From an archaeon (GTDB lineage: Archaea; Undinarchaeota; Undinarchaeia; Undinarchaeales; JBDRKL01): a stretch of 64,000 nucleotides of DNA. Positions 19,227 through 28,861 of this stretch are shown piece by piece. A program made the position numbers and the translations under genes. The stretch spans positions 32,001 to 96,000 of the forward strand of contig JBDRKL010000004.1 of the NCBI GenBank assembly GCA_043814055.1, written 5' to 3'. Under the pieces are notes generated by a model, which worked only from the letters and a program-made list of their open reading frames with translations, was not told the DNA's origin and did not search any database. Numbering within the stretch: position 1 is the first letter of the stretch; every line of letters begins with the position of its first letter.

Positions 19227-19335
19227 GTGTGCAACCTTTTTCTGTGAAGTTTGTCAAAAAAGGTTGATCAAAAACAAGGTGCCATAAGATATTTGTCAGG
19301 CAATGGCACTACCAATCAATTTGTTTTAATCCAAC

Positions 19336-21246
19336 TTATCTGAGCCGTATAGCCTCTAAATTCTTCATCGCGTAAGTATCCAAACTATACATCTTGTGAA
19401 GCGAGCTCGCCAGGTCAAGGCACTTTGTGTGGTCTCCGTGGACAACGAGCACGCGGTCCGGCTTCGGGTTTAAATTCCCGACAAACCTCATCAGCGAATT
19501 CCTGTCGCTGTGACCTGAGAATCCCTCTATGGTATCAACCTGCATTTTCACTTCAGTTATTTCCTGTTTGCCCTTCTGGTTTTCAATCGTTACCTTATCC
19601 CAACCCTTTTGTATTCTTTTACCCATCGAGCCCTCGGCTTGGTATGAAACAAAAACAAGATGGTTCTTCGGGTTATCAGCAAGGTGTCTTAAGTACTCAA
19701 CGCTCGGCCCGCCTGCGAGCATTCCAGAAGTTGCCAGTATGACCGCTGGCTCAGCGCTTTCTATGAGCGCCTTCCTCTCCTTCTGGCTTCCAATCCTCTT
19801 GAATATCGGTGACATGAATGGGTTCTGATCCTCGTGGAATATGAGCTGCCTCAGCCCCTTGGACAAGCACTCCGGATATGCGGTGTGTATCGCTGTCGCG
19901 TCCCATATCATCCCGTCAAGGTAAACGTGGATATCCTCTCGCTTGGTTCTGCGCGCCCACTTCTCCAGCACGATCATGACTTCCTGCGCCCTTCCAACAG
20001 CGAGCACAGGGATGAGCACCTTGGACTTGGTTCCTATCGCTTTTTCAATTATGCTGATGAGTTTTGCTTCCCCATCCCTTGCCGATGGTTGTATGTCGTT
20101 CTTGCCGCCATATGTGCTCTCCATTATGAGCGTTTCAAGCCGCATGAATTTTGAAGTCGCACCCTCAAAGAGGTTGGTTGGCTCGCATTTGATGTCGCCC
20201 GTGTATATGATATTGTGCAGACCCTCGCCGATGTGCAGGTGCACCTGCGAACTGCCAAGTATGTGCCCAGCGTTGTAAAGCGTCAGGCGAATATCTGAAG
20301 CAATGTCCGTAACCTCTCCATATTCAAGCGATATGCTGTGCTTAATTACTTCCTGGATTTCCTTGTTTGTGTACGGGACTTTCTTGCCCTCGCGTTGTGC
20401 AATGTCAACATAATCAAGCTGAAGCAAAGTCATTAAATCCCTCGTTGGAGCGGTACAATAAACAGGTCCGTCATATTCATATTTGTAAAGATAAGGCAGG
20501 AATCCGCTGTGGTCCAGGTGGGCGTGGCTTATAACAACTGCATCCAGGCTCTTAAGGTCAAACTCTGGAGCGTTCAGGTACGGGTAAGCGTTTGGCCCGT
20601 CTATCGCAACGTTCACGCCGCAGTCAAGCAGGACCTTGCTGTCCGGAGTTTGCACAAGATTGCAGCTCCTTCCAACTTCTCTTGAACCGCCAAGCGCAGA
20701 AATCCTAATCCACCGTGAATCATCACCCTCGGCGGAGTCCAGCATTGCACTTGGTTTCACTTTCTTCCCAAGCGACTCCAAGAACTTGCCCCTGTCGTCA
20801 AGGTTTGTGTAAAGAACATGCCGTATTGTCGTGATTATTTTTGAAGGAATTACAGGTGTTCTCTCAACGCGCGGAGACCACTTAATGTGTTTCTTTATCT
20901 CGTGCAGTGTCGTCCCATTCTTGCCTATGACAAGCCCTGGTTTCTTCGCCTCCACAATAACCCTGCTAGTGTTTTTTAAAAATGTAATCTCAGTAATCTC
21001 CGCCTCTTTCGGAACAAGCTCATTTATGACCTTCTTCGCAAGATCCTGGTCCACAAGAATTGACTCGTCTGCCCTCAGGTCAACGCGCTTCTTGTACTTG
21101 TCCACGAGCTTCTTTATTATCTCAGAGTGCTCGGCGAAATACTCCGGAATGGGTGTGTAAATAACGATGTTAGAGCCTTCCAGCCGTGCATCGCTTACCT
21201 CAGCGTCTTTTGGTAATTCCTTTTGTAATTCCTCTAAAAATGCCAT
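19336..21246 (-). CDS. fttA: Beta-CASP ribonuclease aCPSF1 / termination factor FttA
   Basis: Two KH domains, SHAHLDH, AGHILGS, GFSGHSD, VHGD. Confidence 0.96.
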   Translation of the reverse strand: MAFLEELQKELPKDAEVSDARLEGSNIVIYTPIPEYFAEHSEIIKKLVDKYKKRVDLRADESILVDQDLAKKVINELVPKEAEITEITFLKNTSRVIVEAKKPGLVIGKNGTTLHEIKKHIKWSPRVERTPVIPSKIITTIRHVLYTNLDDRGKFLESLGKKVKPSAMLDSAEGDDSRWIRISALGGSREVGRSCNLVQTPDSKVLLDCGVNVAIDGPNAYPYLNAPEFDLKSLDAVVISHAHLDHSGFLPYLYKYEYDGPVYCTAPTRDLMTLLQLDYVDIAQREGKKVPYTNKEIQEVIKHSISLEYGEVTDIASDIRLTLYNAGHILGSSQVHLHIGEGLHNIIYTGDIKCEPTNLFEGATSKFMRLETLIMESTYGGKNDIQPSARDGEAKLISIIEKAIGTKSKVLIPVLAVGRAQEVMIVLEKWARRTKREDIHVYLDGMIWDATAIHTAYPECLSKGLRQLIFHEDQNPFMSPIFKRIGSQKERKALIESAEPAVILATSGMLAGGPSVEYLRHLADNPKNHLVFVSYQAEGSMGKRIQKGWDKVTIENQKGKQEITEVKMQVDTIEGFSGHSDRNSLMRFVGNLNPKPDRVLVVHGDHTKCLDLASSLHKMYSLDTYAMKNLEAIRLR

Positions 21247-21279
21247 TTAAATCCCTGCGTTAGTTGTTGACAATAAACT

Positions 21280-21933
21280 CTATCCTTTTATGCTTGCAAG
21301 TCCGTTGTAGATGGTCTGTATGGTCTCTTCCGGCACGCGCTCAAGCCCGTTTTCTTTTATGGTTATGACATCAACGCCATTGCCTGTTCCAGCATCTCTC
21401 TCAAGCGCCGCCCTTATGCACTTTACCGCAAGCTTGATCCCCTCTTCAACTGTTATGGTCTCGTTGTACTGGGTCTCAAGCACACCATATGCGGTCAATG
21501 AGCCTGAGCCTGTTGAGCACACGCTCTTCTCGGACATCCCCCCTATTGGGTCCAGTTCAAATATGGTCGGCTTTTCGTCGTAGCCGCCGACTATGAGTTG
21601 TGCCATCAGGGGATAAAACCTGTTGCTGTGCAGTATGTTTGAAAGAAGGGTTGAAGCGCTCTTTACGCTCATTGGCTTGCCGTCCATCTTGTAAAGCGCT
21701 GTCTGCGCGCGCATGTTCCTTACGAGCACCTGATTGTCCGCGACCATTCCTGCGGTTGTCATCGCGAGCTTGTCATCTATCTGGTATATCTTCTGCGCGT
21801 CCTTGTCCGCTATGAAGAAGCCCATTGTGGCTCTCCTGTCAGATGCCAATACAACGCCGTCAGCGCAGATAAAACCAACTGTAGTTGTGCCTTTCAAATA
21901 TTTTTTAACTTTTTCTTCGTCCAAAAACTCCAC
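21280..21933 (-). CDS. psmB: Proteasome beta subunit
   Basis: Propeptide then GTTTVG, DRRATMG, TGSGS. Confidence 0.96.
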   Translation of the reverse strand: MEFLDEEKVKKYLKGTTTVGFICADGVVLASDRRATMGFFIADKDAQKIYQIDDKLAMTTAGMVADNQVLVRNMRAQTALYKMDGKPMSVKSASTLLSNILHSNRFYPLMAQLIVGGYDEKPTIFELDPIGGMSEKSVCSTGSGSLTAYGVLETQYNETITVEEGIKLAVKCIRAALERDAGTGNGVDVITIKENGLERVPEETIQTIYNGLASIKG

Positions 21934-22016
21934 CTCTAATATTCTAAAACGTGCTCAGTTGCATCGTTTCTATCGGAAGGATGGTTTATATACTTTATGA
22001 TTCAAATAATTGGAAA

Positions 22017-23231
22017 ATGACAATAGAAAAAATAATCCTACGCGAAATACTGGATTCCCGGGGTAATACCACTGTAGAAGCCGAGGTTTCATCCGCGGAT
22101 TTCACTGCAATAGCCTCTGCGCCGTCAGGCGCCTCGGTCGGCACGCACGAAGTGCAGGCGTTTCCAAAAGGCGGAACAGAAGAGGCAGTTTCAGTATTCA
22201 ACACGAACTTCAGGGACAAGCTCAAGGGGCACGAGGCGAACTACCATGAGTTTGAGAAGACTCTCAGCGACTTGAACGCAATTGGCGAGCTCGGCGGGAA
22301 CTCATTCCTCGCATTGACGCTCGCGGTTGCAAAGCTTCACGCTGCGATTTCAGGCATTGACCTTTACGAGATCTTCGGCTCAAGCTACACTCTTCCCTAC
22401 CCAATCGGCAACGTAATCGGCGGCGGAGTTCACTCTGGCCCTGGTAGTCCGGAGATTCAGGAATTCATGTGCATACCTGTTGGGGCAAAAACATTCAAGG
22501 ATGCGGCACTCGCAAACTGCGCAGTCCACAAGACCATAGGCAAGAAGCTTATGGAGCTGGACAAGAATTTCACTCGCGGCAGGAGCGACGAGGGCGCCTG
22601 GGCACCTGCAATCAAGCGCGAGAAAGCATTGGAAATACTTACAGAGGCATGCGCTGCGGTTTCGGACAAAGTTGGCTTTGATGTGAAAGGCGCCTTGGAC
22701 CTGGCCGCCTCTGAATTCTACGACACCAAAGAAGGCAGTTACGCTTACAAGGACTCAAAAAAGACCACAGAAGAGCAGGTTGAATATGTTGCCTCACTCA
22801 TAGATGAGCACGGCCTCTTCTACGTGGAAGACCCTTTTCACGAGGATGACTTTGACGGGTTCACAGCTCTTACAAAGCAGTCTGGCTCAAAATGCCTGAT
22901 TGTTGGTGACGACCTCACAGTAACAAACACTGAAAGATTGCAGAAGGCAATCGGGCTCAAGGCCTGCAACGCGCTCATCGTGAAGCCTAATCAGATTGCC
23001 TCGCTCGTGGAGACAGAAAAGGTTATAAAGCTCGCAAAGGATAGTAACGTTCTCCCTATCGTATCACACAGGTCCGGGGAGACAACTGACAATTCAATAG
23101 CGCACATTGCGGTCGGTTTCTCATTGCCTATCATAAAGACGGGCGCGGTCGGCGGCGAACGGCTCGCAAAGATAAACGAGCTAATTCGGCTTGAAGAAAA
23201 GATCGGCGCAAAAATGGCAAAATTACACTAA
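22017..23231 (+). CDS. eno: Enolase
   Basis: EILDSRGNTTVE, APSGAS, IVGDDL, VSHRSGET. Confidence 0.95.
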   Translation: MTIEKIILREILDSRGNTTVEAEVSSADFTAIASAPSGASVGTHEVQAFPKGGTEEAVSVFNTNFRDKLKGHEANYHEFEKTLSDLNAIGELGGNSFLALTLAVAKLHAAISGIDLYEIFGSSYTLPYPIGNVIGGGVHSGPGSPEIQEFMCIPVGAKTFKDAALANCAVHKTIGKKLMELDKNFTRGRSDEGAWAPAIKREKALEILTEACAAVSDKVGFDVKGALDLAASEFYDTKEGSYAYKDSKKTTEEQVEYVASLIDEHGLFYVEDPFHEDDFDGFTALTKQSGSKCLIVGDDLTVTNTERLQKAIGLKACNALIVKPNQIASLVETEKVIKLAKDSNVLPIVSHRSGETTDNSIAHIAVGFSLPIIKTGAVGGERLAKINELIRLEEKIGAKMAKLH

Positions 23232-24004
23232 TGGAAAAGAAAGACGAAAAACCAGAGGAAACAAAGCCCGAGCTTCCAGCTAAAGAAGAGAAAAAGGCAG
23301 AAAAGAAAGAAGCTGTACTTAAGGACTCAGAAGCAAAAGAGAGCTCAACAGGATTGGTTCCGCTTGACATTTATCTAGCTGCTGGAGTGCACATCGGCAC
23401 GCAGCGCAAGCTTAACGACATGAAGAAGTTTATTTACAAAGTAAGGGCAGACGGTCTTTCAGTTCTTGATATAGGCACAATTGACAAGCGCATCGGAATA
23501 GTCGCGAACTTCCTTGCGCAGTACACTCCTGAAAAAATTGTTGTCGTATGTGCAAGAGACGTTGGCAAGCGGCCTGCGAAGAAGTTCGCCGAGATGATTG
23601 GCGCAACTCCAATTATTACGCGTTTCATGCCAGGTTCGCTCACAAATCCTGATTACGAGAAATACTTTGAGCCTGAGGTTATGTTTGTTGCAGATCCAGG
23701 GGCGGACAAGCAGGCTGTGCTTGAAGCCTTGAAAATGAACATGCCGATTGTGGCTCTCTGCGATACTAACAACATGACACAGCACCTTGACGTGATTCTG
23801 CCTGTAAACAACAAGGGCAAGAAGTCGCTCGCACTCGTTTACTGGCTGCTCGCCCGCGAGGTTCTCAAGAAGCAGGGCAAGATAAAGAAGGACGACGAGT
23901 TCAAGGTCAAGGTTGAGGACTTTGAGGGCGAAGAGTCCGCACCGCGCAGAGCGCCGCCGAGCAAAGAACCGAGCAGGGATTCGCGCAGAGGCTCTCGCAG
24001 ATAA
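23231..24004 (+). CDS. rps2: 30S ribosomal protein S2
   Basis: YLAAGVHIGT, RFMPGSLTNP, PVNNKG. Confidence 0.97.
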   Translation: MEKKDEKPEETKPELPAKEEKKAEKKEAVLKDSEAKESSTGLVPLDIYLAAGVHIGTQRKLNDMKKFIYKVRADGLSVLDIGTIDKRIGIVANFLAQYTPEKIVVVCARDVGKRPAKKFAEMIGATPIITRFMPGSLTNPDYEKYFEPEVMFVADPGADKQAVLEALKMNMPIVALCDTNNMTQHLDVILPVNNKGKKSLALVYWLLAREVLKKQGKIKKDDEFKVKVEDFEGEESAPRRAPPSKEPSRDSRRGSRR

Positions 24005-24048
24005 TACTGAACAAATAAGATTTATACTATCTTTTTGAATTAGTTTCT

Positions 24049-24870
24049 ATGATTAGACCCCCCGCTGTTGCAGGAACATTTTATCCGCTCAGCACAGAGG
24101 ACTTGAACAAGGCAATTGCAAATTGCTTTACGCGCGAGTTCGGCGCAGGAACTCCTAAATCAAAGGGCGAGAAAGTTATCGCAGCCGTGGTGCCGCACGC
24201 TGGTTACACATACTCCGGCCCTGTTGCAACGTACATTTACAAAAAGCTCAAGAATTCTGAAACCAAAACCTACGTAATCCTCGGGCCGAACCACACCGGA
24301 GCAGGGCCGGCAATTTCAATAATGGCGAATGGCAAATGGGCTACTCCGCTTGGGCAGGTTGAAATTGACGCAGAGCTTGCCGCGCGAATACTCTCGGACT
24401 TCCCGGATGCTGAGATAGATGAGACTGCTCACGTAGGGGAGCACTCAATTGAGGTTCAGCTTCCTTTCCTTCAATACGTTGCAAAAGATTTCAAAATAGT
24501 TCCAATCTGCATGATGGACCAGAGCCCTGCAACCGCAATCTCAATGGGCAGGGCGCTTGCTACTGCGTGCGATGACTCAGTTACAGTCCTGGCGAGCTCA
24601 GACTTCACTCACTTTGAGCCCCAGCCCATTGCTTCTGAAAAAGACCACGAGGCAATCTCAGCTATTGAAAAGCTTGACATTGAAAAATTCTACTCAATCC
24701 TCCAGAACTACTCAATGAGCGTGTGCGGCTACGGGCCAATCATCGCGGCGATGGCTTATGCGAAGGAGAAAGGCGCGAAGGCAGGAAAGCTTTTGCAGTA
24801 CGCGACTTCAGGTGATATTACTGGAGATAAAACAAGCGTAGTTGGTTATGCAGCTATTGAGTTTGAGTGA
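24049..24870 (+). CDS. MEMO1 / AmmeMemoRadiSam protein B
   Basis: PAVAGTFYP, PHAGYTYSG, EHSIEVQLPF, SSDFTH. Confidence 0.94.
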   Translation: MIRPPAVAGTFYPLSTEDLNKAIANCFTREFGAGTPKSKGEKVIAAVVPHAGYTYSGPVATYIYKKLKNSETKTYVILGPNHTGAGPAISIMANGKWATPLGQVEIDAELAARILSDFPDAEIDETAHVGEHSIEVQLPFLQYVAKDFKIVPICMMDQSPATAISMGRALATACDDSVTVLASSDFTHFEPQPIASEKDHEAISAIEKLDIEKFYSILQNYSMSVCGYGPIIAAMAYAKEKGAKAGKLLQYATSGDITGDKTSVVGYAAIEFE

Positions 24871-24879
24871 GCTTGTTCG

Positions 24880-25692
24880 TCATTTCTCTTTTTTCGTATT
24901 TTTGAGAAGGTTTATCCCTTTGACATCTATACTAAAACGTTTTAAAATTTTTCTTGGATCAGTTGCGCTGTTCCATTTTCTCCCGTCCAGTACTTTTCCT
25001 GCATATTCAATAAGCTTTGTCTGAACTTCTGCTGTCTGCAAACCCTCATCATATAATGTTCTATATTCTCTCATTATAGTGATGTTGTCAATTCCTCCTT
25101 CTCCAATAAATTTTTCAAGTTTTTTCAAAACCGTAAAGCACTTTTTTTATCTTCAAAATAGTGAATATAGTCCATAACAGCTCGGCTAAGCGCCCAAGAC
25201 TCATTTATCTCTTCAAGCCGTTTTAATACAGCTTTTGCTTTTTCAGGCTTTCCAATCTTTTGATAACCCCAAATCAGAATGCCTTCACGCAAAGCATCAC
25301 GATACTTGAATTTGAAACTGTCTTCCAACACCTCATCAATCCCCCTTTTCATAATTTGCCAGCGTAAAAGCATAGACCGTATACTCTGTTAGTGTGTAAC
25401 CGAAAACATACTCCAAGCTATTGTTCCCTATCAAATCTCCAAAACTATCCTTGAGCGGGATTTTTATTTTTAGTTCGTTATAAACCCACCACAGCAGTTT
25501 TTTCTGCTCATCATCCATATGGTCTACGTTGGTCCTTTTTGGAAGCTTGTAAATTTGTTTTCAAAGTTCCCATAGTCTCTCTCCAAACTTAATGAAAATT
25601 TCGCGGTCACTGCCAGCCTGAATATCCTGAGAAAGAACTGGTAATATTTTTTTTATCCTTTCTATTTCTTTTGGAGTTTCTTCTTTAGTCAT
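24880..25692 (-). pseudogene. AT-rich disrupted gene (~270 codons)
   Basis: ATG at 25692, in-frame TGA at 25561-25563, frameshifts at a G5 run (~25343) and a T4 run (~25128) join four short ORFs. Confidence 0.7.
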
Positions 25693-25779
25693 ATATTATT
25701 TACTTGGTTGGTTTGCATTATAACTTTAACCCTTCCAAGTTAACAAACCCTTATAAACCAAAACTTCTTATCTCAATTA

Positions 25780-27120
25780 ATGACAATCGAAGTTTTCGCA
25801 ATCGGCGGCTACGAAGAAGTCGGCCAGAACATGACCGCGGTCAAGGTTGGCGACAAAATTGTTATTCTTGACATGGGCATCGCGCTTGACAAGCTCCTCC
25901 TGTGGGGCGAGCACACGAATTTCCTTGACCAGCCCGAGCTTTTGCAGATGGGCGTCCTGCCAGATGATTCAATCCTTGACAAATACCGCGACAAAGTCAT
26001 CGCAATCGTTGCCTCGCACGCGCACCTTGACCACATCGGCGCAATCGGCAAGATGGCTGCGAAATACAACTGCCCGATTGTCGGCACTCCTTTCACAATA
26101 GAACTGCTCAGGGCGAACCTCAAGGACGAGAAATCCAAGCTCAACAATTTCATGGTCCTAAACCCCGGCGAAGTTCTTGAAGTTGGAGATTTTGCAATTG
26201 AATTTGTCCACATAACCCACTCAGTTCCGCAGACCACGTTCACCGCGCTGCACACTCCTGAAGGCATTGTCTTTTATGCCAACGACTACAAGTTTGACAA
26301 CTACCAAGTGCTCTCTGCTAAACCTGACTACAAGCGCATCAAAAAGCTTGGCCAGGAAGGCATCAAGGCAGTCATTATGGAATCTGTCCGCGCGGACAAG
26401 GCAGAGAAAACTCCGTCCGAGATGGTTGCAAAAGAACTGCTCAAGGACACTCTCACAGAAACTCTGAACGAGGACAAGGGAATAGCAATAACGTGCTTTG
26501 CCTCGCACATAGAACGCTTGAACTCAATACTTGAAGTATCAAAGAACATGAACCGCCAGGTTATATTCGCCGGCCGCTCTCTTGAGAAGTACTGCAAAGT
26601 TGCTGAAAAGGTAGGCGTTAGAAGCTTTAAGAATGTTGAAATCCTTGGCAAGCAAAACGAAATCAAGGAAGCGTTTAAGACAGCGTCCAAGAACAAGAAG
26701 GATTATCTTCTTGTGACAACTGGTGGGCAGGGCGAGCCGAATGCGGTTCTCTCTCGAATTGCAAACGGCGAATACGCATACAAGCCAGCACCGGGCGATG
26801 AAATAATTTTCTCATGCTCAACAATCCCAAACCCGAGCAACATAGCAAACAGGAGCACTCTTGAGAAAAAACTCAAGTTCTACGGAGCAAGAATTTTCAG
26901 GGATGTGCACACAAGTGGCCACGGCGGGAAAGAGGACCACAGGGACCTTTTAACTATGCTCAACCCAGAGCACGTGATACCGTGCCACGGCGACCTGTCA
27001 AAGCTCTCAGCGTTCGCAGAGCTAACCAGTGAAATGAATCAGGAGCTGGAGGTGGATAAATATCTCCTTGGAGAAACAGTTCACATTCTAAGAAATGGCC
27101 AAAGGCTAGTCATCCAGTAA
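25780..27120 (+). CDS. rnj: Ribonuclease J (beta-CASP)
   Basis: GGYEEVGQNMT, SHAHLDHIG, THSVP, HTSGH, PCHGD. Confidence 0.95.
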   Translation: MTIEVFAIGGYEEVGQNMTAVKVGDKIVILDMGIALDKLLLWGEHTNFLDQPELLQMGVLPDDSILDKYRDKVIAIVASHAHLDHIGAIGKMAAKYNCPIVGTPFTIELLRANLKDEKSKLNNFMVLNPGEVLEVGDFAIEFVHITHSVPQTTFTALHTPEGIVFYANDYKFDNYQVLSAKPDYKRIKKLGQEGIKAVIMESVRADKAEKTPSEMVAKELLKDTLTETLNEDKGIAITCFASHIERLNSILEVSKNMNRQVIFAGRSLEKYCKVAEKVGVRSFKNVEILGKQNEIKEAFKTASKNKKDYLLVTTGGQGEPNAVLSRIANGEYAYKPAPGDEIIFSCSTIPNPSNIANRSTLEKKLKFYGARIFRDVHTSGHGGKEDHRDLLTMLNPEHVIPCHGDLSKLSAFAELTSEMNQELEVDKYLLGETVHILRNGQRLVIQ

Positions 27121-27218
27121 GCGTATTTTTAAAATTAGCTTGGTCAGCGAACTGTTATTTAATTCTTAAAAATTGGTAGCGGCCAACCCTGCATTGGACC
27201 AGCCGCTGATAGCAGGTT

Positions 27219-27575
27219 TTATCTCCTTCTTGAAGAGCTGCTTTTTCGTGCTGTGCTGCTCTTTCTTGAGGATGATGTTCTCCTTGCTGTGCTCGTCTTT
27301 CTTCGTGCAGTGCTGGTCTTTCTCCTTGCAGTGCTCGTCTTTCTCTTCTGTCCGCCGCGTGCCATCTTTGCTCTTGCAGCGTTTCCCTGCTTGTCTACGA
27401 AGTACAGGTATCCTGACTCTCTTCGGATATTGCACCTAGAAACGACTTCCTGCCTCCTGCTTGTTGTTTTTCCTGCGCGTGCCATTTGCGTTCTTGCAAC
27501 ATTTCCACTCTTGTCAATGAAATACAAGTAGCCTGACTCACGCTTTATTCCACATCTATTTATTACTTCAGCCAT
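27219..27575 (-). CDS. CC1-like chromatin protein (two domains) with Arg/Lys/Ser/Thr repeat tail
   Basis: Two (K/R)RESGYLYF(I/V)DK.GN..R..MAR units; RKTSTAR x3; SD GAGGTGA upstream. Confidence 0.75.
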   Translation of the reverse strand: MAEVINRCGIKRESGYLYFIDKSGNVARTQMARAGKTTSRRQEVVSRCNIRRESGYLYFVDKQGNAARAKMARGGQKRKTSTARRKTSTARRKTSTARRTSSSRKSSTARKSSSSRRR

Positions 27576-27745
27576 GGTTTATTTCACCTCTTCAATTCAT
27601 TACTCTCGTCGAGTATAAATAGTTTTCTCGTCGAGGAATTAGGGTTTATTCTCGGGAAATTGCAGATATTATAAACAATTGGGGGTGTAGATGTCAAATA
27701 CTTAAGGCGTAAACACTATTTTCAGTCACGAAGGGGCAAATAGGC

Positions 27746-28777
27746 TTATGGAGTAAAAACGACCTTACCAACGTCGCCAGTTTTCATCGCTTCAAAGCCT
27801 TTCTCAAACTCTTCAAGCTTGTAGCGATGCGTCACGAGCGGCTTGAGGTCAATCTTTCCTCCTCCCACGAGCTCGTGCGTTGTCTCCCAGCTGTCAAATA
27901 ATTTCCTGCCGTAGATTCCTTTCAGGCTCAAATCCTTCAATACAAAATCAGATGCCCAGTTAATCGTAACCGGCTTTGACGGAAGCCCGAGGTAAACAAC
28001 GCGCCCGGTCTTCGCCACAACCCTGAGCGACTGCTCAATCGCTGCAGGAGCTCCTGACATTTCAAGAACCACATCAGGTCCGCGGCCGTCGGTCTCTTCC
28101 TTGGCTCTCTTTTCAACATCCTCGTCGTGCCTGTTTATGCAGACATCAGCGCCCATCTGCTTCGCCATGTCCAGATGAATCTGCCTTCCGCTGACTCCAA
28201 TAACTTTCTCAGCGCCCATCGCCTTGGCGGCGCCGACCGCCATTATTCCGATTGGCCCGCAGCCGAGCACAAGAACATTCTTGCCCTCTACATGACCCTC
28301 GTCAACAGTGTAAACAGCATTTCCGAACGGCTCAAGAAGTGTCGCGACCTCTGGGTCAAGGCTCTTGTCATTCTTCCAGACGCTTCGCCCTGGTATTTTA
28401 ATATATTCAGCGTAAGTGCCGTCTGCACCGCCCATTCCCAAGCCGCGCATATTCTCGCACAAGTGCTTCTTCCCATTCTTGCACATGTAGCAATTGTCGC
28501 AGTGCAAATGCGATTCGCAGGAAACAAAATCCCCCTCTACAACATTGTCAACATCCTTCCCAACCTCAACAATCTCTCCGCAGCCTTCGTGTCCTATGGT
28601 GTGCGGCGGGGTTATCTTTGTGTTCCAGGGCACTTCCCAGTCATAAATATGAATGTCTGTCCCGCATATGGAGCAGCGGGTAGTCTTTATCAAAATCTCG
28701 TCATCGCCAATTGTAGGCGTGTCAATCTCTGTCAGCTCCAAGCCTGAAGCTACGCTGGTTTTTCGTAGTGCTTTCAT
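27746..28777 (-). CDS. tdh: L-threonine 3-dehydrogenase
   Basis: SICGTDIHIYDW, GHEG, Zn Cys cluster, EPFGNAV, GIYGR; paired with kbl. Confidence 0.9.
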   Translation of the reverse strand: MKALRKTSVASGLELTEIDTPTIGDDEILIKTTRCSICGTDIHIYDWEVPWNTKITPPHTIGHEGCGEIVEVGKDVDNVVEGDFVSCESHLHCDNCYMCKNGKKHLCENMRGLGMGGADGTYAEYIKIPGRSVWKNDKSLDPEVATLLEPFGNAVYTVDEGHVEGKNVLVLGCGPIGIMAVGAAKAMGAEKVIGVSGRQIHLDMAKQMGADVCINRHDEDVEKRAKEETDGRGPDVVLEMSGAPAAIEQSLRVVAKTGRVVYLGLPSKPVTINWASDFVLKDLSLKGIYGRKLFDSWETTHELVGGGKIDLKPLVTHRYKLEEFEKGFEAMKTGDVGKVVFTP

Positions 28778-28861
28778 GCCAATTCCCTCCTAATTTTACG
28801 TTGTAATTAGTTATTTATATAACCTTTTACTACGTTTTAACCCTCAGAGGTGAGGTGAATA

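Noticed and set aside
25561-25563. In-frame TGA as recoding or selenocysteine
   Set aside because: The same gene has two frameshifts, and TGA ends many intact genes here.
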